Positions 59,146 to 64,000 of a DNA stretch of 64,000 nucleotides are shown here, in pieces. The position numbers and the translations under genes were made by a program. The stretch lies in the NCBI GenBank assembly GCA_963727525.1, contig CAVSGO010000005.1, positions 128,001-192,000 of the forward strand, in the 5' to 3' direction. How positions within the stretch are numbered: the first letter of the stretch is position 1; each line of letters begins with the position of its first letter. The notes beneath the pieces are model-generated. The model did no database searches. It saw only the letters and a program-made list of their open reading frames with translations, and was not told the DNA's origin. The stretch is from an uncultured bacterium. GTDB lineage: Bacteria; Krumholzibacteriota; Krumholzibacteriia; LZORAL124-64-63.

Positions 59146-59403
59146 TCCCGCGGGCAGGACGCAAGGTGCCACCGGCCCGGATGGCTGGAGAACGCGCAAG
59201 TGACAGGGCCCAGGGCCGTGGCACGGACTTGCGAGATGGTAATCATGGCGTCGGGAGCGAGCAACCCACGAGCCGAACGACAAGTTATCCCGGATCTGCC
59301 ACAAAGTCATACATCGGAACGAGTTGTTTGCCGAGAATGGCGGTAGGGACTAGGTTCTACTGGTCAAGAACCCACCAGTTCCCCCCTGGAGAGGACCCGA
59401 TCG

Positions 59404-61254
59404 ATGCCCGTCACCGCCGCGCGCACTCTTCTGCTGGCCGCCGTCGCGAGCCTCGTGGCCGGGTTGCTGGGCGGGTGTTCCCGCGGGTCCGTGACCTCCC
59501 TGGCCGGGTCCGTGAAACCGGGCCAGGCCGCCGGATACAACGTGGTGCTCGTGACCATCGACACAGCCCGCCGCGACCACTTCGGCTGCTACGGACACGC
59601 CGAGGCGCGCACGCCCACCATCGACGCCCTCGCCCACGACGGCGTGCTCTGCGACGACGCCGTCACCAGCGTACCGCTCACGTTGCCGTCGCATACGACG
59701 CTCCTCACGGGACTCTACCCGCCTCACCATGGCGTGCACGACAACGGCATCTCCCAGCTCGGCACCGAGCCGCCGCTGTTGCAGGCCGAGCTGCGCGACC
59801 ACGGCTACGCCACCGCAGCCTTCGTGGGTGCTTTCGTGCTCGACGAACGCTTCGGCCTGGCCCGCGGCTTCGACCACTACGACTTCGAGGTGACCGACGA
59901 GGGCTACCATCCGCAGATGACCGAGTTCAACGAGCGCTCCGCCGGCGCCGTCACCGACTCGGCGCTCGCCTGGCTCGACCGCCACCATGCTCAGGCGCCG
60001 TCGCAGCCGTTCTTCACCTGGCTCCACTACTTCGATGCGCACCACCCGTACACGTCGCCGCTGGCGTCATTGCCGGAGTTCGCCGGCAAGCCGTACGACG
60101 CGGAGATCGCCTATGTCGACCAGCAGTTCCAGCGCGTGGTCGGCTGGCTCATCCGGCAAGGTCTGCGCGATCGCACGATCATCGTCGTCACTGCCGACCA
60201 CGGCGAGTCGCTGGGCGAACACGGCGAGAGTACACACGGCATGTTCATCTACGATTCCACCCTGCGAGTGCCTCTGGTGATCTCGTGCCCGTCCCTCATC
60301 TCCGGTCCGCTGCGACTGCGTGACGTCACGGTGGGTCTGGTGGACATCCGGCCCACGATCGACGACCTGCTCGGCATCACGCCCACCGGCGTCCACGACG
60401 GGCGCAGCTTCCTGGCGGACCTGCCCCCCGACCGGGCCATCTACATCGAGACGGAGGGGCCGCGCCGCATGGCCAGGTGCAGTCCACTGCGCGGCCTTCG
60501 CTCGCACGTCGCCAAGTTCATCGAGGCACCGGAGCCCGAGTACTACGACCTTGCGCAGGATGCGGCCGAGTTGCACAACCTCTACAGCACGAGCGCCGCG
60601 GCCGTGGCGCCGCTGCGCGATGAGCTAGCATCCGTGCTCTCCAGCGGGACCACCTCGCCCCAGGCGGAACACGAGATCACCGAGGAAGAGAGGAGCCGCC
60701 TGCGTTCGCTCGGCTATACCTTCACGGCCGCGTTGGGCGATACCGCCAGCCTGCCCGACCCGAAGTGGCAGATCGAGTACTTTAATGAGGGAATGGAGGC
60801 CGAGCAGCTCTACGCCCAGGGCGATTACGCCGCGGCGGCCGACCTGGCACGCAAGGTCGTCCGAGGTTGCGGCGGCTGCATGAATGCCCAGCGCGTGCTC
60901 GCCTTCAGCGAGCTGCGTCTCGGCAACGACGACGAAGCCATCGCCATGCTACACGACGACGTCAAGAAAAATCCCGACGCATTCCTGGTGCGTTCACTCG
61001 TCCAGGCCCTCATCCTCACCAAAGACTATCCGGCCGCCCTCGACGTGATCGGCACCTACGACAGCCTCTACCCGCGCGACGGCTGGTTTCCCCTGCTACG
61101 AGGCGACTGCCAGTCGGCCCAGGGCGACTACGATGACGCGCTCAAGAACTACGAACGGGCCATGCGTATCGACGCCGCCCGCTGCGGCCGCCGCGCCAGT
61201 GCCCGCATCGAGGCTACGCGGGAGAAGTTGAACGACTTGGGGAGCCCACACTAG
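59404..61254 (+). CDS. Sulfatase-like hydrolase/transferase lipoprotein with C-terminal TPRs
   Basis: Lipobox LGGC; TIDTARRD, TLPSHTTLLTG, HYFDAH, ADHGE; LRSLGY; TPRs. Confidence 0.9.
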   Translation: MPVTAARTLLLAAVASLVAGLLGGCSRGSVTSLAGSVKPGQAAGYNVVLVTIDTARRDHFGCYGHAEARTPTIDALAHDGVLCDDAVTSVPLTLPSHTTLLTGLYPPHHGVHDNGISQLGTEPPLLQAELRDHGYATAAFVGAFVLDERFGLARGFDHYDFEVTDEGYHPQMTEFNERSAGAVTDSALAWLDRHHAQAPSQPFFTWLHYFDAHHPYTSPLASLPEFAGKPYDAEIAYVDQQFQRVVGWLIRQGLRDRTIIVVTADHGESLGEHGESTHGMFIYDSTLRVPLVISCPSLISGPLRLRDVTVGLVDIRPTIDDLLGITPTGVHDGRSFLADLPPDRAIYIETEGPRRMARCSPLRGLRSHVAKFIEAPEPEYYDLAQDAAELHNLYSTSAAAVAPLRDELASVLSSGTTSPQAEHEITEEERSRLRSLGYTFTAALGDTASLPDPKWQIEYFNEGMEAEQLYAQGDYAAAADLARKVVRGCGGCMNAQRVLAFSELRLGNDDEAIAMLHDDVKKNPDAFLVRSLVQALILTKDYPAALDVIGTYDSLYPRDGWFPLLRGDCQSAQGDYDDALKNYERAMRIDAARCGRRASARIEATREKLNDLGSPH

Positions 61255-61263
61255 CCGCAAGTT

Positions 61264-62486
61264 GTGCCAAGAAGAATGTTGACGAGGCTTCGCACCGAGA
61301 TCTCGCCCGCCAGGCCCGACTTTCTCACTACGCGGCGTACGTCAGCTTGTGCCTCCGGTTCACCTTCAATGGCCGCGTCTCGACCCGTCGCCAGTAGTAG
61401 TCATCCCACAACGGCGGCAACTCGATATGCGACACGAACAGCCGCCGCGACAACACCTCCTCCTCGGTCAGGGGCTTCGTGGCGATCCCGATCTGCATCG
61501 CCGGCGTGCTCCAGCACCGCTTCTCCCGACGCAACTTGATCGTGTTGCGCCACACCAGGAAGATCGCCAGCCGGTAGATCGAATGCTGGCGTCGCTTCCC
61601 GAACGCGATCGTCTCCCGCGTGTGGTCTTTCAGACAATGCCGCAGCAACATGTCCAGCAAGTTGACCTCGAACAACGGGTTGCGACTCGTCCGCGGCTCA
61701 CGGGAGTCGATCGTCTCGTGGATCACCTTGCAATACCGTAGCTTCGCGATCGCGTAGGGATAGGTCTTGTGCTTGTCGCTCCAGATGTGGGCCTCGGTGG
61801 CGCCGTCGAGCGAGACCGAGAGCACCTCGAGCAGCGCCCGCATCAACGACCTGGGGTCCGGCCGGCCATAGTTTTGTTCAAAGAGGGACCGTTTCCATTT
61901 CTGCTCGACGGTCATCGCCCCGCTGCGTCGCCGCTCGGCCTCGGCGAAGTGGATGATGAAGCTGGAGGGGCGATCGACGGCCGTGACGATCTCGTAGGGG
62001 AAGTACTGGGAGTGCTCGAAGGTGACGAGCCCGTCGATGGCGATGTCCACGAAGGGTGACGCCTGGGACACCAGGTGTCGATGGAAGAGGATGCAGTGTC
62101 GGCCGAGGCGGGCGAGGAGGTTGTCGACGGTCGTCGGCGAGGTGTCGAGGAGCCTGGCGATCTGGCGGTTGGCGGCGCCAGAGACGGCGTGCTTATGGAC
62201 CTTGGGCAGGAGATCGGCGCGTTTGAGCCAGTATGTGGTGCGGAAGGTCTGGTCTGAGCAGGTCCTGCCGCAGGCCAGGCAGAGGTAGCGTTGGACGGTG
62301 TAGGGCGGGGATTTTCGGGAGAAGGTGCCGAAGAGCGCGAAGGGCCAGGGTTGCGGCTGAGGCTTGTGGTATTTGCAGTTAGGGTTGGGGCAGTGGGGAG
62401 GAAGCGTAGGGCATGAAGTGAGGGTTTTGGTGTTCATGAAGACGGGCCCAGGCAAGCGCTGGACCCGTCAACATTCTTCGTGGCAC
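61264..62486 (-). mobile_element. Insertion sequence (IS1-like), 1223 bp, with 21-bp terminal inverted repeats
   Basis: GTGCCAAGAAGAATGTTGACG (61264-61284) matches the reverse complement of 62466-62486 at 20/21 positions; encloses the transposase; lower GC than the flanks. Confidence 0.85.
61328..62437 (-). CDS. IS1-like transposase (Zn finger + HTH + DDE-like core)
   Basis: CPNPNC...QRYLCLACGR; RQIARLL HTH; IAIDG, WSDKH, TPAMQIG. Confidence 0.85.
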   Translation of the reverse strand: MNTKTLTSCPTLPPHCPNPNCKYHKPQPQPWPFALFGTFSRKSPPYTVQRYLCLACGRTCSDQTFRTTYWLKRADLLPKVHKHAVSGAANRQIARLLDTSPTTVDNLLARLGRHCILFHRHLVSQASPFVDIAIDGLVTFEHSQYFPYEIVTAVDRPSSFIIHFAEAERRRSGAMTVEQKWKRSLFEQNYGRPDPRSLMRALLEVLSVSLDGATEAHIWSDKHKTYPYAIAKLRYCKVIHETIDSREPRTSRNPLFEVNLLDMLLRHCLKDHTRETIAFGKRRQHSIYRLAIFLVWRNTIKLRREKRCWSTPAMQIGIATKPLTEEEVLSRRLFVSHIELPPLWDDYYWRRVETRPLKVNRRHKLTYAA

Positions 62487-63685
62487 GCTGGAAACATTGC
62501 CACCGCACGGCCCAGCCGCGCGCAACCCTCAGAGATGCGATCGGGCGGCATGAAGCTGAAGTTCAGGCGGGCCGTGTTCTCGTGGCCGCCGTTGGGAAAG
62601 AAGGCGCCGCCGGGGACGAAGGCCACGTCGTGCTTCAGGCACTCCTCGAGCACCTCGCGGGCGTTCACCGATTCCGGGAACGTAAGCCACAGGAAGAGAC
62701 CCCCGTCCGGCGTGCTGAACGTCACCGACGCCGGCAGGTGGGCGTGCAGCTCGCGCACCATCGTATCGCGGCGCTCGCGATAGGCGTCGACGAGGCGGCG
62801 GATGTTGGCGTCGAGGTCGTACTGGTCGAGGTAGGTGGCCACCTGGCGTTGCACGAGGGTGCCGGTGTGCAGGTCGGCCGCCTGTTTGACAAGTACGAAG
62901 CGGCGGTACACAGGGGCGGGCGCCACGAGCCACGCCGTGCGCAGGCCCGGGCAGAAGATCTTGGAGAAGGTGCCCAGGTAGACCACGAGATCGTGCGTGT
63001 CGAGAGACTTGAGCGCGGGCAGAGACTCGCCCTCGAAACGCAGATCGACGTAGGGGCAGTCCTCGATCACGGCCACCTGGTGGCGAGCCGCCAGATTGAG
63101 CAGCGCCTGGCGGCGGGGAAGAGACCAGGTGCGACCGCTGGGATTCTGGAAGTCGGGCACCACATAAATGATCTTCGCCTTCGGGTTCGCCTGCAGGGCC
63201 TGCGCCACCGCCTCCGGCACCATGCCCTCGTCGTCGGTGGGCACGTCCACGAATCGCGGGCCATAGGCGCGGAAGGCGTTGATCGCGCCCAGGTAGGTGG
63301 GGCTCTCGCAGAGCACCACGTCGTCCTCGTCGAGGAAGACCTTGCCCACGAAGTCGAGGCCCTGCTGGGACCCCGCGGTGATCAGGATGTGATCGGGATC
63401 CACGCGCGTGGCCTGCCGCGCGTTCATACGGGCGGCGATCCTCGCGCGCAGGTCGGGATCGCCCTCGGTGGTGGAATACTGGAGCGCCGACGTCCCTTCT
63501 CTCTCCATGATGAGGCGCGTCACCTCGGCCATCTCGTGGGTCGGGAACAGCTCGGCGGCCGGCAGACCGCCGGCGAAGGAGATCACGCTGGGCCGCTGCG
63601 TGAGTTTGAGCAACTCGCGGATCTCACTGGCCCGCAGATTGTCCATGCGCCGGGCGATCTTGAGATTGACTGTCGAATCACTCAT
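62468..63685 (-). CDS. PLP-dependent aminotransferase class I/II (LysN/ARO8-like)
   Basis: ISFAGGLP, GSQQGLD, DFQNPSG, IEDCPY, GTFSKIFCPGLR. Confidence 0.95.
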   Translation of the reverse strand: MSDSTVNLKIARRMDNLRASEIRELLKLTQRPSVISFAGGLPAAELFPTHEMAEVTRLIMEREGTSALQYSTTEGDPDLRARIAARMNARQATRVDPDHILITAGSQQGLDFVGKVFLDEDDVVLCESPTYLGAINAFRAYGPRFVDVPTDDEGMVPEAVAQALQANPKAKIIYVVPDFQNPSGRTWSLPRRQALLNLAARHQVAVIEDCPYVDLRFEGESLPALKSLDTHDLVVYLGTFSKIFCPGLRTAWLVAPAPVYRRFVLVKQAADLHTGTLVQRQVATYLDQYDLDANIRRLVDAYRERRDTMVRELHAHLPASVTFSTPDGGLFLWLTFPESVNAREVLEECLKHDVAFVPGGAFFPNGGHENTARLNFSFMPPDRISEGCARLGRAVAMFPACHEEC

Positions 63686-63904
63686 GAAACGCCTGCCTTG
63701 CCAGAAAACGCCTTATCGCCGGGACCGGAACGGCGGTCCCGCCAAGATCGCCGACCGCCGCGGCGAAGTAAAGCCGCCACCTCTGACGGAAACCGGACGT
63801 AACCGATTCCTGCGCTTGGATCTGAGCCGGTGACTTGCTATCGTTGCCTCGTTGTGTCCGCCAAGCTTGCCCGCATGACGACCTTAGACGCGAGGATGGT
63901 ATCC

Positions 63905-64000
63905 ATGGCCTCCTTCGGATCCCTTGCCGGCTCCTCGGTTGGAAAGAAGGTGTTCGTCGCCGTCACGGGGCTGCTTCTCTTCGGCTTCGTATGCGTGCAC
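63905..64000 (+). CDS. sdhC: Succinate dehydrogenase/fumarate reductase cytochrome b subunit (5' part only)
   Basis: MASFGSLAGSSVGKKVFVAVTGLLLFGFVCVH: SSVGKK..VAVTG...H signature; not in the ORF track because it runs off the window. Confidence 0.8.
   Translation, partial: MASFGSLAGSSVGKKVFVAVTGLLLFGFVCVH

Noticed and set aside
55061-59224. 1387-aa ORF suggesting a fused or frameshifted phosphodiesterase
   Set aside because: The first approximately 735 codons are Arg/Pro-rich shadow frame over the 57016-59145 gene; the real start is TTG 57019 with its own RBS
59219-59232. TGGCACGGACTTGC, which looks like a sigma54 promoter
   Set aside because: Only 9 nt lie between GG and GC; sigma54 requires 10
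61261-61288. Left IS end as a dif/Xer site
   Set aside because: Only a partial XerD-like arm with wrong spacing; explained better as a TIR with a matching partner

Overview
High-GC chromosomal window with about 49 plausible genes; no rRNA, tRNA or CRISPR array was seen. Five secreted proteins end in a 'PNPFNP...FlgD-Ig' (T9SS-CTD-like) domain and one ends in a 'SWGxxKxLY' tail, which suggests an FCB-group candidate phylum such as Ca. Krumholzibacteriota or Latescibacterota (inference). Content: two sigma54 response regulators, a histidine kinase, Hpt and PilZ proteins, an ECF sigma/anti-sigma pair, a NYN-domain protein, an M29-like peptidase, a transglutaminase, a gingipain-like C25 protease, outer-membrane barrels, a TonB-dependent receptor, sugar-modification enzymes, alkaline-phosphatase-superfamily enzymes, an IS1-like element and the start of sdhC. 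Best leads: (1) a satD-DUF3307 pair (cyclase-like palm + HTH, then a membrane His-motif protein) bracketed by two pairs of 18-bp palindromes, each pair with a 28-bp period; (2) an operon of two phosphodiesterases, a small 'GLGY'-motif protein and an EMC3/TMCO1-like protein; (3) an IS with 21-bp TIRs and no target duplication that supplies the stop codon of a neighbouring aminotransferase; (4) two sigma54 promoter modules; (5) a structured intergenic sRNA candidate at about 9050-9400. Protein family calls come from motif recognition only; no searches were run. Many start codons were moved from the ORF track to RBS-supported positions.
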